A DNA stretch of 64,000 nt. Source: an uncultured Candidatus Micrarchaeota archaeon. GTDB taxonomy: Archaea > Micrarchaeota > Micrarchaeia > Anstonellales > Bilamarchaeaceae. Shown here one piece after another: positions 54,812-64,000 of the stretch; the stretch's first letter is position 1, and every line of letters begins with the position of its first letter. The notes under the pieces are model-generated. The model did not search any database, was not told the origin of the DNA, and worked only from the letters and a program-made list of their open reading frames with translations. A program made the translations under genes and the position numbers. The stretch spans positions 66,215 through 130,214 of the forward strand of contig CAWBTT010000004.1 in assembly GCA_963791815.1 (NCBI GenBank), in the 5' to 3' direction.

Positions 54812-56401
54812 CTACTCCTCAAGTACAACCTGGCTGATATCACGGCCAACACCGCCGCTCTTCTTGAGGTCAACTTTGCCGAATATGTTGATGATTGTGA
54901 TGTCATCAATTCCTGAATCCTTGAGGAAGTCACTGATGTTTCTTCTGGCAACGCCGTCACGTTCAAGATTGATTACGAACGAAACAACATCCATACGCCG
55001 ATTTGCCTTTTCAAAGGACTTGGACATCTGTTCGAGCTTGTCGTCGCTTAATCCAAACTGCCTGAGTTTCCTTCTGAAATCTTCTTTCAGGAATGATACG
55101 CTTCTTGACACCGAAATATCCCTCCGTTGTTTATCTGTAAGTACCCCGCTCATGTCAAGGAAGAACTCCTTGCTTGGCTCCTCACCCTCAATCTTCTGAA
55201 TAAGGAATGTTGACGGATACGGGGTCTGGGTTGTGAAGGACATGTTGACAGCACACTGCCCGACACCGAGCCTGCTAATTTCTTCCCTCATGTAGTTGCT
55301 GAAATTCAAAGAGCTCTGGAGATAATCCAGGAAACGCTCGAACTTCACTTTAAGGATGAAAGTTGTTCCGACGTTCGAGAAAATAGCCTCGCTGATATCC
55401 GTCGGGTTCTGCGATGCTATAATCATGCCGAAGTTGTACTTACGACCTTCACGCACAATCATGACCGCATCTGAGTTATCGTCCTTTCCGATTTTCCACG
55501 CTTCGTCGAGGACGATGAGCAATCTTAATCCGCTCTTGCGCGCACCTTCAATTGCTCCTGAGATTCTCATCCTCTCCTTGATGAACTGCAGGATTGTAAG
55601 TGCTGCCAGGGCACGCATTGTTTCATCAGGCAGTCCGACCAAATCAAGGTCAACAAGTCCGGATGTTACCAAAGCGTCAAGTTTGACAGTACTCTGCTGG
55701 GCAAAGAAATCCTCGCCAGGCTTTGTGAACTGCCTTAATCTGTAAATAGCATTCTCAAGTTCAGCAGGGAACTCGTAGCTTCCCATCTGGGCTTGCTCTG
55801 AAAGCACCCTGACGACATCTTTCAGGGTCGGGGCGGTGAGCGGCTTTCCAAGCTCGTCTTTCTGTTCGCGAGAATCCATCCTGAACTTGTTTTCTAAATA
55901 TGCCTTCTCGATTGCCTGCTCAGTGAGCCTTCTCTGCTCTGGATACTGGCTAATATCTGTAAGAAGTTCAAGGGTACGCATGATCTGCTTGATACGGTCA
56001 TATGGTTTCATTCCACCGAGGTCAAGAAGGTTCAGGTATGAACCTCTTCCCAGGCCAACGATTTTGCCGCCAGTCTGTTTTACCCAGTCCCGGTACTCTC
56101 CTGCCCAGTCAATGATGAGCGCATTCGAGTTCCAGATGAATGATGCACGAAGAAGGAAGGTCTTGATGAAATAAGACTTACCAGAACCTGAGATTCCACA
56201 GACCGCGATGTGCGGATTCGCGACATTCTCATGCGTCCAGTAGAACGGAACGCTGAATATCTTGGTCCTGCCGATATAGATTGAATTGGTCGGGTCAGGG
56301 AAAATAAGTTCCATAGGAGGCTCAGGAGGGTGTACCAGAAGGCTTCTTCTGGATATTGCGCTGTTCGGCACCCTAACGAGCTTGAGTCTTCCTCCAATCA
56401 T
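54812..56401 (-). CDS. Operon gene 2: VirB4/TrbE/HerA-like (AAA_10/DUF87-type) ATPase domain protein
   Basis: Walker A VCGISGSGKSYF, ALIIDWAGEY, Walker B RLLIVLDEAWKI and IIASQNPTD are present. Confidence 0.7.
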   Translation of the reverse strand: MIGGRLKLVRVPNSAISRRSLLVHPPEPPMELIFPDPTNSIYIGRTKIFSVPFYWTHENVANPHIAVCGISGSGKSYFIKTFLLRASFIWNSNALIIDWAGEYRDWVKQTGGKIVGLGRGSYLNLLDLGGMKPYDRIKQIMRTLELLTDISQYPEQRRLTEQAIEKAYLENKFRMDSREQKDELGKPLTAPTLKDVVRVLSEQAQMGSYEFPAELENAIYRLRQFTKPGEDFFAQQSTVKLDALVTSGLVDLDLVGLPDETMRALAALTILQFIKERMRISGAIEGARKSGLRLLIVLDEAWKIGKDDNSDAVMIVREGRKYNFGMIIASQNPTDISEAIFSNVGTTFILKVKFERFLDYLQSSLNFSNYMREEISRLGVGQCAVNMSFTTQTPYPSTFLIQKIEGEEPSKEFFLDMSGVLTDKQRRDISVSRSVSFLKEDFRRKLRQFGLSDDKLEQMSKSFEKANRRMDVVSFVINLERDGVARRNISDFLKDSGIDDITIINIFGKVDLKKSGGVGRDISQVVLEE

Positions 56402-56403
56402 AG

Positions 56404-57219
56404 TTATACCACACTCTCCTCAAGGTCCTGTGCAGTTGTCGGGAAGAATTTTTCCCATTCAAAGCATTTGAGCATCTCATCTCCTGCCAGGTTAACGACT
56501 TCGACATTGAGCGCGTTGGCAAGAACTGTCCTAAGTTCATTGGCCTGGCTCCTTGCAAGCGCGACAGCAGCATCCTTGCTGATTCCTACTGCTGTTGTCT
56601 GCGCATAAGCAACAATGGCCATTGGCTTGACACCCTTGATGAGCCTAGTTAGCTGCGCATCGAAAAGCGATGCCTCTCTTTCATACTTGTCAATCCTAAG
56701 AACATCCGGCTGCGGCTTGTCCCTTTCTCTTGCAAGACGAAGCTGGGCCTCTGCCCTCTTTGTCTCAATCATCTTTCTCTTCTCTCCGACATCTTCGACA
56801 AAAAGAAGGTATGCGATTTTTGTAACGTATTTGATGTTTGAAATCGCCCTCTCGAAAAACTGATTGTATGCGATGTTCTCATCCGCAGATTTTTCAGTGG
56901 CTGATTCGAATATTTTCAAACCGAGGAACGCTGAGGCGTAGTAGACTCCGCCGGTGTTTTTGATAATGACATCCTGGCTTGGAGGCACTTCGTACCCCTC
57001 ATCAGACATCATAACTATCTTCGTTCTTTCAGTGATAAGAGGAACCATGATGTATCCATATTTCCAGAAAAGAACGCCCATCAGTGAGCCAAGGCCTGCG
57101 AGAAGTCCGCCGATAACGGCAGCGAATCCTCCGCCGCCGATGAATGCGAATAGGGCCCCAACGACTCCAACTGCTATAGAAGCATAAAGAAATTTCCGTG
57201 CACCAAGATTTGCCGCCAT
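56404..57219 (-). CDS. Operon gene 1: membrane-anchored protein resembling the N-terminal half of VirB4-type ATPases
   Basis: An N-terminal TM hairpin (Gly-rich) is followed by a ~200-aa soluble domain. The stop is 2 nt before the ATPase start. The 271 + 529 aa total is about VirB4 size. The similarity call is by pattern only. Confidence 0.4.
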   Translation of the reverse strand: MAANLGARKFLYASIAVGVVGALFAFIGGGGFAAVIGGLLAGLGSLMGVLFWKYGYIMVPLITERTKIVMMSDEGYEVPPSQDVIIKNTGGVYYASAFLGLKIFESATEKSADENIAYNQFFERAISNIKYVTKIAYLLFVEDVGEKRKMIETKRAEAQLRLARERDKPQPDVLRIDKYEREASLFDAQLTRLIKGVKPMAIVAYAQTTAVGISKDAAVALARSQANELRTVLANALNVEVVNLAGDEMLKCFEWEKFFPTTAQDLEESVV

Positions 57220-57287
57220 ACGTTATCCCTCACTATTTTACGACAGTATGGTATTAAAATTCACCTGCCTGGTGCTTAACTGTCACA

Positions 57288-57301
57288 GAATATATAAAAA
57301 A
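57288..57301 (-). promoter_or_regulatory. Candidate TATA region (minus-strand TTTTTTATATATTC) for the five-gene operon
   Basis: It is the only strongly A/T box in the 95-nt gap after purB. GTGAGGGA (SD-like) lies 8 nt before ATG 57219. Confidence 0.3.
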
Positions 57302-57314
57302 GACTAGGATTGGC

Positions 57315-58622
57315 TTAATCCTTAACAGCGTTCTCGACGATTTCTACTGCGTTTCCTATATAGGTCGAGTAGTCAAATATCTTCTCTGCTTCTGCAGAAT
57401 CAAGAATATTCTTCTCGATGACCAGCTCCTTAAGATGTCTTCCTTCCTTGAAAGCGACCTGAGCGTTTGTGCGCACAAGTTCATGCGCCTCCTGCCTGCC
57501 CATCCCCTTTTCAGTAAGGGCAATCATCAGGCGCTCTGCCATGATGAGGCCATGAGTCAATTCAAGATTCCTTTTGATATGCTCCTCTGAGAATTCAAGC
57601 TTGTTTAGTATTTTGTTGAGTTCAAGGCACATGTAGTGGGTTCCTACGAAACTGCTTCCGAAAATGACACGCTCATTTGCACTGTTTGTGAGGTCCCTCT
57701 CGTGTTCAAGCGCGATATTCTCAAGGGCAACGGCAACATTTGCACGGATGACCCTCGCAACTGAGCAGATTCGTTCGCTCTTGTGTGGGTTCCTCTTGTG
57801 CGGCATTGTTGATGAGCCGACCTGCTTCTTGCCAAAGCCTTCTGAAATCTCAAGTATTTCGGTTCTCTGGAGATTTCTGATTTCCTTTGCTACTTTTTCT
57901 ATTGCAGCTGCAACCAATGCCAAATCGCAGAGAACCTCGGCGTGCCGGTCCCGCTGGACAACCTGGTTGGTGACCTTGGCCGCCTCTAGCCCAAGCTCTT
58001 CCATGACCATTTTCTGTATTTGCGGCCCCTGCCCCCTGAATGTGGCCATTGTGCCTACAGCCCCTGACATCTTGCCGACTGAGATTCTCTTCTTTGCCTC
58101 TTCGAGGCGTGCCATGTCCCTCTTCAATTCCTGAAAGTAAAGGGCGAATTTCATCCCGTAGGTTGTTGGAACGGCGTGCTGGCCATGAGTCCTGCCGATG
58201 CAGACCCTCTCTTTGTTCTCAAGAGCCAGTTTCTTCAGAGTTTCTGAAAGACCCCCTAAATCCTTCATAAGAAGGTCGATTGCATCGATGAAAATCAGTG
58301 CTGTGGCAGTATCCTCTATGTCATAGCTGGTTGCTCCCAGGTGGACGTATTTGCCGGCATCTCCTGCCTGCTCAGAGAGCGCCTTTACCATGGCCATTAG
58401 GTCATGGTGGATTTCGTCCTCGATTTCTTTTACCCTCTCAAGTTTCACCTTGGCCGCTGCTGCATCTATCTCTGCTGGCGCGCCCTCAGGGACATTGCCG
58501 AGCCTTGCGTGCGCCTTGGCCAGTGCTACTTCCACAGCCATCCACTTGCGGATTTTTGTGTCTTCCTCGAATATTGCATTCATCTCTGTGCCGTATCTTT
58601 CTTCAAATGGAGAAATGGACAT
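57315..58622 (-). CDS. purB: Adenylosuccinate lyase
   Basis: SPFEERYGTEM, GATSYDIEDTA and the signature GSSTMPHKRNP are present. Confidence 0.9.
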   Translation of the reverse strand: MSISPFEERYGTEMNAIFEEDTKIRKWMAVEVALAKAHARLGNVPEGAPAEIDAAAAKVKLERVKEIEDEIHHDLMAMVKALSEQAGDAGKYVHLGATSYDIEDTATALIFIDAIDLLMKDLGGLSETLKKLALENKERVCIGRTHGQHAVPTTYGMKFALYFQELKRDMARLEEAKKRISVGKMSGAVGTMATFRGQGPQIQKMVMEELGLEAAKVTNQVVQRDRHAEVLCDLALVAAAIEKVAKEIRNLQRTEILEISEGFGKKQVGSSTMPHKRNPHKSERICSVARVIRANVAVALENIALEHERDLTNSANERVIFGSSFVGTHYMCLELNKILNKLEFSEEHIKRNLELTHGLIMAERLMIALTEKGMGRQEAHELVRTNAQVAFKEGRHLKELVIEKNILDSAEAEKIFDYSTYIGNAVEIVENAVKD

Positions 58623-58779
58623 ATTTGCTCACGATAAAGGTATCGTATTGAAGGGTTAAAAAAACCGCTGAAAAACGATATGTTTATATACTCGAAAAGT
58701 CATAATAAGTAACAGGCAATTAACTTTCGACCAGTAGAAAATAGGCCCTAAAAACGGGCCTCGTGCACTTCAAGAGGAA

Positions 58780-60006
58780 ATGAATATGAAACGGGAAACT
58801 TTAGAGGGGGTCAGAGCAGGCGATATCGTCAGTGTCAGGAAGGCAATGCAGTCCCTATCAGGTATGCCCGGAGAAGAACTCAAAGCGCTCTGGGGCGCAA
58901 CTATAGAGGGCATGGTAAACCAGGAACAGACCGCTGAGGGCGTTGAAAACAAATGTATGCTCATGGCACTCTCATTCTCAATTTCTCCAGTTTATACTAA
59001 AGAGAAGGAGCTTGTAGGCTATGCAAAGAAGCTTAACGACGAAGGCTTGAAAGGGAACCTGGATATGATAGATGCCCTTGCAGACAGTTCATACGACGAT
59101 GCCTCTCAGACGGCATGTGTTTATGAGGATTTGACAGCCCTTGGAATGATTTGTTCAGAAAAATCACTTGAGAATGTCGATAAAGGGAAGGTAAAGGCAC
59201 TGGTTGCAAATGGAGAGCAGGCATACAAGCACGCAATATCAATTGGCGCGGCCGTGGCAACTGGGATTCTGAAGGGAGAGGGGCGCCAGATTGCCAAGAG
59301 ATGTCTCTTAAATGCTGCACTTTATGGGGATGAATACTCACGAAAGTACGCTGTTGAGGCTCTTGCACACTTCATTGATGATTATCAATTGAAGAAAACC
59401 CTTGTTGCCCTTGAAGAGGGCGGGGCAGATGAAATTACAGTAGCAGCATCATACAGCCTCAGGACAATCAGGGAAAAGGACGAGGTTGAGACTGCGAAGG
59501 CAGACCTTGGAACACTCTCAGAGATTGAATACCCTGATGTGACAAGCCCGCAGAGATGGTATATTGACATCGTATTCGATGCTGTTGAGACTGTACTCAC
59601 CAGGATTAACGATTCTAAGAAAAAACAGGAAGTTCTTGTTGCGCTCAAACAGCTTGCAGCTTACGGCGCAGCTCCTGGCCCGATGGAAGAACTTATTGAT
59701 TCCCACAGCCTTGGAATGGTAAAAAAGAATGTGGAGAATGCTCTTATTCACGCGCTCGTTCACGGAGATGATAGGATGGTTGAGGATGCCAAAGAAGGCA
59801 TCAGGAAAAGCTCAAGCGACCGTGTCATTGGGATACTCAACAAAGTAGCAGATCGTGAAAGGAACGGAAACGGAAACCTTTCTGACAAAGGCAGCATGAT
59901 AAGGAATTTGGTAGCCGAGATGCAGAAAAAGAAGTTCGGCCACAGCCTGCCCCCGCCGCTTCCAAGAAGGACTCCAAAACCACCCCGGCAGAAGATGCTC
60001 CACTAG
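58780..60006 (+). CDS. Alpha-helical repeat (HEAT-like) protein with a Pro-rich basic tail
   Basis: The composition is predicted all-helical. One unit is DEYSRKYAVEALAHF. The C-terminus is PPPLPRRTPKPPRQK. Confidence 0.3.
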   Translation: MNMKRETLEGVRAGDIVSVRKAMQSLSGMPGEELKALWGATIEGMVNQEQTAEGVENKCMLMALSFSISPVYTKEKELVGYAKKLNDEGLKGNLDMIDALADSSYDDASQTACVYEDLTALGMICSEKSLENVDKGKVKALVANGEQAYKHAISIGAAVATGILKGEGRQIAKRCLLNAALYGDEYSRKYAVEALAHFIDDYQLKKTLVALEEGGADEITVAASYSLRTIREKDEVETAKADLGTLSEIEYPDVTSPQRWYIDIVFDAVETVLTRINDSKKKQEVLVALKQLAAYGAAPGPMEELIDSHSLGMVKKNVENALIHALVHGDDRMVEDAKEGIRKSSSDRVIGILNKVADRERNGNGNLSDKGSMIRNLVAEMQKKKFGHSLPPPLPRRTPKPPRQKMLH

Positions 60007-60039
60007 CATTAAAAGAATCGGCTGCTAATTATCCAGTAT

Positions 60040-60762
60040 ATGGGAAAGAGCCGAATTCTAAAAAAGCAGAGCAAAGCTTATCTGGAGCTTCCAAAAGAGA
60101 TGCTTGAGATTGATGAGGTAGATGTTGTCAGGCTTAATGAAGGCCAATATCTTATTCAGGCAGTGGCAGTGAACAAGGCAACTGAGATTGAGAAAATCGT
60201 TCTTCGGAAGCTCCTTTCCATCAGGTTCGACCGGCGAACCCCGGCCAATGTTGAAAAAGAACTCACAGAGGCAGAGAGGTTTATTCTGAAAGACCTTGAG
60301 AAAAAAGGGATGGTGAATGTTTTCAAGGGAAGGAAATACCCGGACGGCGTCTACAACATCAAAGACAATATTTATCCGATTCTGCGGGGCAAGGAACCCC
60401 CAAAACCTGAGGCAACAGAGCCGCAGGCACAGCCAGATTCCCCAACCCTCAAGAACAGGGGATTCCTCACGCTGAAAGACAAGGGCGAGGCGATGAGGCT
60501 GTCGCAAAAACTCAGTTCTGAGATGAAAAAGGGCGATGTGCTTGGCATAAAGGGTTTTGACGGCAGATTCTATGTCGTTACAAGAGAATATCTGGAAAAA
60601 TCAGAGAAGGCAGTCAACTCGGTTCTGAAGGGGGGGATGGATGTCCAGTCCATTGCGCAGGCAGCGAAGATGGATGAGGAAGGATGTTCAGCAGTCATGA
60701 AACTGATGGCTGAGAAGGGAGATGTACTAGAGAAGAAAAAGGGAATTTTCTCACCAATCTGA
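60040..60762 (+). CDS. Hypothetical protein, possibly tandem winged-helix modules
   Basis: Intact 240-aa ORF. Its stop overlaps the next start (ATGA-type junction at 60762). Confidence 0.3.
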   Translation: MGKSRILKKQSKAYLELPKEMLEIDEVDVVRLNEGQYLIQAVAVNKATEIEKIVLRKLLSIRFDRRTPANVEKELTEAERFILKDLEKKGMVNVFKGRKYPDGVYNIKDNIYPILRGKEPPKPEATEPQAQPDSPTLKNRGFLTLKDKGEAMRLSQKLSSEMKKGDVLGIKGFDGRFYVVTREYLEKSEKAVNSVLKGGMDVQSIAQAAKMDEEGCSAVMKLMAEKGDVLEKKKGIFSPI

Positions 60763-61865
60763 TGGTCTTTATGATAATAAAGGATGAAGTTCACGGCACT
60801 CTCGAGTTTGACTATCTTGAGGAGAGGATAATTGATTGCGCGGAATTTCAGAGGCTGCGCAGGATAAGGCAGATGTCGGTTACTAATCTTGTTTACCCAG
60901 GGGCAAATCACACACGGTTTGAGCACTCTCTTGGCACAGCACACCTTTCAGGCGTGATTGCAAAGAGGATAGGCCTGGATGAGGATGAAGTTCGGAAAGT
61001 CAAGATATACGGCCTGCTCCATGACATAGGCCACACCCCATTTTCACATGAAGGAGAAGACATACTGAAGAAGCATGTCGGCGACCATGAAACGCTTGGG
61101 GAGAAGAAAATCCAGAGCGGCGAAATCTCTGATATTGTTTCTGAAAATTTCAGGCCAAAAGAAATACTTGAACTTGAGAAAGCTAACATCATAACTTCAG
61201 ACCTTGGCTCTGACCGAATGGATTATCTGAAAAGAGATGCCCAGAACACCGGGGTTGCCTATGGCATAATAGATATTGACAGAATCGTGCACACCCTTGG
61301 AATGGAAGATGGGCAGCTCTGCATAGAAAAGGGCGGGCTGGAAGCGGCAGAGTATCTCCTGGTTGCAAGGTTCGTCATGTTCTCAACAGTTTACCTCCAC
61401 AGGGTAGTGCGCATCGCAACTGCGATGCTTTATCGGGCAATAGAAGAAACAATCGATGACGGCTATTCTCCGCAAGAATTCGCATCGCTTGATGATGAGG
61501 ATGCTATGAACGTAATGCTCAACCACAAGGGAAGCAAATACGCAAAGGCCCTTCGCACAAGGAAACTTTACAAGGAAGCTCATTCTCTTCCAAGGGGAAG
61601 TTATGAAGAGGCGAAAAAACTCGAGAAACTGCTCGCAGATAAATTCAAATGCGATGTCATTATCGATTACCCGCACGCTTTCTTCAAACCAGCAGATTTC
61701 CTGGTAAAAACAGAAGACGGGACAGTACCCATTTCAAAATTGTCAAAGCTTGTCCAGTCCCTGAAAAAAGCTGAAGAAGACAGAATGAGGGTTCTTGTTC
61801 TTGCCGAAGAAAATGATGCTGAAAAAATCAGGCTGGGAATACCAAACCGGCAATCTGAACTATAA
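60762..61865 (+). CDS. HD-domain phosphohydrolase (COG1078, SAMHD1/dNTPase-like)
   Basis: IKDEVHGTLEF, FQRLRRIRQMS, RFEHSLGTAHL, LLHDIGHTPFSH and DRMDYLKRD are present. Confidence 0.8.
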   Translation: MVFMIIKDEVHGTLEFDYLEERIIDCAEFQRLRRIRQMSVTNLVYPGANHTRFEHSLGTAHLSGVIAKRIGLDEDEVRKVKIYGLLHDIGHTPFSHEGEDILKKHVGDHETLGEKKIQSGEISDIVSENFRPKEILELEKANIITSDLGSDRMDYLKRDAQNTGVAYGIIDIDRIVHTLGMEDGQLCIEKGGLEAAEYLLVARFVMFSTVYLHRVVRIATAMLYRAIEETIDDGYSPQEFASLDDEDAMNVMLNHKGSKYAKALRTRKLYKEAHSLPRGSYEEAKKLEKLLADKFKCDVIIDYPHAFFKPADFLVKTEDGTVPISKLSKLVQSLKKAEEDRMRVLVLAEENDAEKIRLGIPNRQSEL

Positions 61866-62045
61866 CCACAAGGAGAATAATTGCCGCGATGACTATTTTC
61901 GGGTCCATCTCCTTGCCCTCGATTTTCATATCAGAGGACATGCCGACAATTCCTGCGGAACTCATCGGCATTGCTACCTTATTAGAAGACATAAAACGAT
62001 TGTGTGCCGAATGGTATTAAATCCTTGTCATTCCATTATCAATTT

Positions 62046-62777
62046 ATGGGCGACGTCGAAATTCACACCCGAGCTAACCTTAAGAAAATGAAGAACCCCA
62101 CTATCATTATCGGCCTTCCAGGCACTGGCCTTGTTGGAAGCGTCGCAGCATCGCAGATTGTTGACTCCTTGAAGATGAAATTCGGAGGCTACGTATCAAG
62201 CTCAAGTTTTGCGCCCTTGGCAGCAATACATGACTATATGCCAATGCCTGCTGCAAGAATCCACTATTCAGAGAAGGAGAATGTAATCGTAATAATTTCA
62301 GAAATGACCATTCCGGTCTCATCATCAACAGAGCTTGCAGAGAAGATTTTCGATTTCTCAAAGGAAGTGCATGCAAAGTCAATCATTTCTCTTGGCGGCA
62401 TCTCGCTCAACGAGGAGAAGGGAGAGGTATACATTGTCTCGAGCGATGTGAATTTCGTTAAACGAAGCAAGAAATTCGCAAAGCCGATAAAGGAAGGTGC
62501 AACTACCGGAGTAACCGGCATCCTGCTCACAATGGGAACTCTTGAGAAATTCCCAATAAGCACGATACTCGCTGAATCTTCAGAGGAATACCTTGACCCA
62601 AAAGCAGCCTCGAGGGTAATCAAAGTGCTTTCAAGAATAACCGGGCTCCATATAAACACTGCCAAGTTAGACCGGGAAGCTATTGCCCTTTCCAAGGACA
62701 TGAAGGAATCTGTGAAAAAGGCAAGGATTTCAAAGAAGGGGCCGTCCGCTGATGAAGGCGGGACCATGTACGGTTAA
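62046..62777 (+). CDS. PAC2-family proteasome assembly chaperone (PbaA/B-like)
   Basis: PTIIIGLPGTGLVGSVAASQIV is the family N-terminal signature. Confidence 0.7.
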   Translation: MGDVEIHTRANLKKMKNPTIIIGLPGTGLVGSVAASQIVDSLKMKFGGYVSSSSFAPLAAIHDYMPMPAARIHYSEKENVIVIISEMTIPVSSSTELAEKIFDFSKEVHAKSIISLGGISLNEEKGEVYIVSSDVNFVKRSKKFAKPIKEGATTGVTGILLTMGTLEKFPISTILAESSEEYLDPKAASRVIKVLSRITGLHINTAKLDREAIALSKDMKESVKKARISKKGPSADEGGTMYG

Positions 62778-62857
62778 ATTATCTTCCAATTCTTTTTATT
62801 TCCACTTTCGCAGGGATTTTTTGAACTCAGTTCAAAGCTCCCCGTTCACAGAAGTTC

Positions 62858-63056
62858 GCAGGGATAGCAAAGTCTGGTCAAATGCGCAGGACTTAAGAGA
62901 AACTTTCCTCATGTTTTTCCGAGGGTATAGTTCCATCAAACATCCTGAGGGAATCTCATGAAGTTTGGTGAAGCTTTATCATGTTCCTCTTGGAGGAAAG
63001 CTTCAAAGAAATCCTGTGGCTTAGTGCCTTCGCAGGTTCAAATCCTGCCCCCTGCA
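62858..63056 (+). tRNA. tRNA-Leu(UAA) with a 113-nt intron at 37/38
   Basis: GCAGGGA TA GCAAAGTCTGGTCAAATGC G CAGGA CTTAAG [62898-63010] A TCCTG TGGCTTAGTGCCTTC GCAGG TTCAAAT CCTGC CCCCTGC A. Pair 7:66 is an A:C mismatch. Confidence 0.8.
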
Positions 63057-63058
63057 AT

Positions 63059-64000
63059 TTAGAGGATACGGACTCTTTTTCCGTCGAAGTGGACTGTCTC
63101 CTCAAACCTCATCCCATAGCGCTTGTAGAACGCCGGTTCTATTGCCAAAACTGAGCCTGCTATGCTCTCCTTTGATTTAGGAGATAGCCTTGGAAGTTCA
63201 TGCACTTCTAATCCGACCCCATGGCCAATGGAATGAATCATTTCAGGATAGCCTGCTTTTTTCATTAGCCTAGCAGACATCCTCGCAACCTGGGCGCCAG
63301 TCCTTTGCTCAGGGATTTTGTCGATTATCGAATGGAAAGTATTCTGCAGTTCCTCATACTCCCGCTTCTTTTTCCGGTCCCCGTCAAGTATGAAGCATCT
63401 TGTCAAATCAGAGCAGTAATGTTTGTAGCGGACCCCATAGTCAATTAGCACAAGTGAGCCGAGCTTTTTGTTTCTGGCATAATAATGGGGAAATGCAGTG
63501 GATGAATCAGTGGCTACTATGGGGGGGAAAGCAGGCTCTAAACCCATCTGCGCAGTCAGCACCTTGATTTGCTTCTCCAAATCAAGCTCTGTTTTTGCTT
63601 TCTTGAAATCAAGGGATTCGAATATTTCCCTGGTGAACGTGGCTGCTTTCCCGATTGCTGAAACCTCCTCGGGTTTTTTCTTGATTCGCATCTCTGCAAG
63701 CTCTTTGGAATAATTCTTGATTCTTGAAATTCCGCTCAGGCGCTCTGCCATTGCGGCATTGATTGAAACGAAATCACAGTGCATGTTTCGGCGCGGTTTG
63801 GTGTATTTTGAGATTTCACAGAATGGGTCACGGTATGCGATTACAGTTCCCTTGAAATGTTTTTTCGCATAGGCCTCGTTCAATTTGGGGACAAAAAGAT
63901 AGCGTTTTTCCGACTTCAGAAAAAAGGCGTGGTCAATGTCAAGACCGGAATGGTAGTAGAAGTTCGGGTCAAAAGACTCGCCCCGGTAGAGCAGAAGCTT
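63059..64000 (-). CDS. M24-family Xaa-Pro aminopeptidase/prolidase (5' end outside window)
   Basis: HSIGHGVGLEVHE and the DxG/metal-ligand layout are present. The frame stays open to nt 64000 upstream of the listed TTG start. Confidence 0.8.
   Translation of the reverse strand, partial: KLLLYRGESFDPNFYYHSGLDIDHAFFLKSEKRYLFVPKLNEAYAKKHFKGTVIAYRDPFCEISKYTKPRRNMHCDFVSINAAMAERLSGISRIKNYSKELAEMRIKKKPEEVSAIGKAATFTREIFESLDFKKAKTELDLEKQIKVLTAQMGLEPAFPPIVATDSSTAFPHYYARNKKLGSLVLIDYGVRYKHYCSDLTRCFILDGDRKKKREYEELQNTFHSIIDKIPEQRTGAQVARMSARLMKKAGYPEMIHSIGHGVGLEVHELPRLSPKSKESIAGSVLAIEPAFYKRYGMRFEETVHFDGKRVRIL

Overview
Gene-dense archaeal chromosome segment, coded on both strands with many 1-8 nt gene overlaps. 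Core archaeal information-processing genes are unambiguous: PolD small subunit, primase PriL/PriS, Orc1/Cdc6, RNase HII, TFE, aIF2-gamma, S6e, aCPSF1, proteasome beta plus a PAC2-type chaperone, deoxyhypusine synthase and tRNA-splicing endonuclease. They are mixed with a few metabolic genes (folD, pyrF, purB, argG/argH, a PRTase), transporters (RND/MMPL, LysE, P-type ATPase, an orphan AapJ-like binding protein) and many lineage-specific secreted or membrane proteins. I read six tRNA genes by eye. Five carry introns, and three of those have two insertions at D-arm or variable-region positions. They sit near an unusually long (389 aa) EndA. Together with the gene content this suggests a small-genome DPANN-type archaeon (Micrarchaeota/ARMAN-like), but that is inference only. 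Selfish DNA includes a solo TnpB (IS200/IS605-type) element and a free-standing LAGLIDADG endonuclease overlapping a tRNA. There is also a 2.3-kb segment bounded by a ~28-bp direct repeat that carries a helicase lacking motif I, fused to a sigma-70 region-4-like HTH. Nine (possibly ten) single-nucleotide frame disruptions hit only accessory or metabolic genes, nine of them between 4.2 and 19.1 kb. The strongest candidate for an undescribed system is a tightly packed five-gene minus-strand operon (50939-57219). It is built around an apparently split VirB4/HerA-like ATPase with four uncharacterised membrane or coiled-coil partners. No rRNA, CRISPR array or cas genes were seen. All homology statements come from motif recognition by eye, not database searches.
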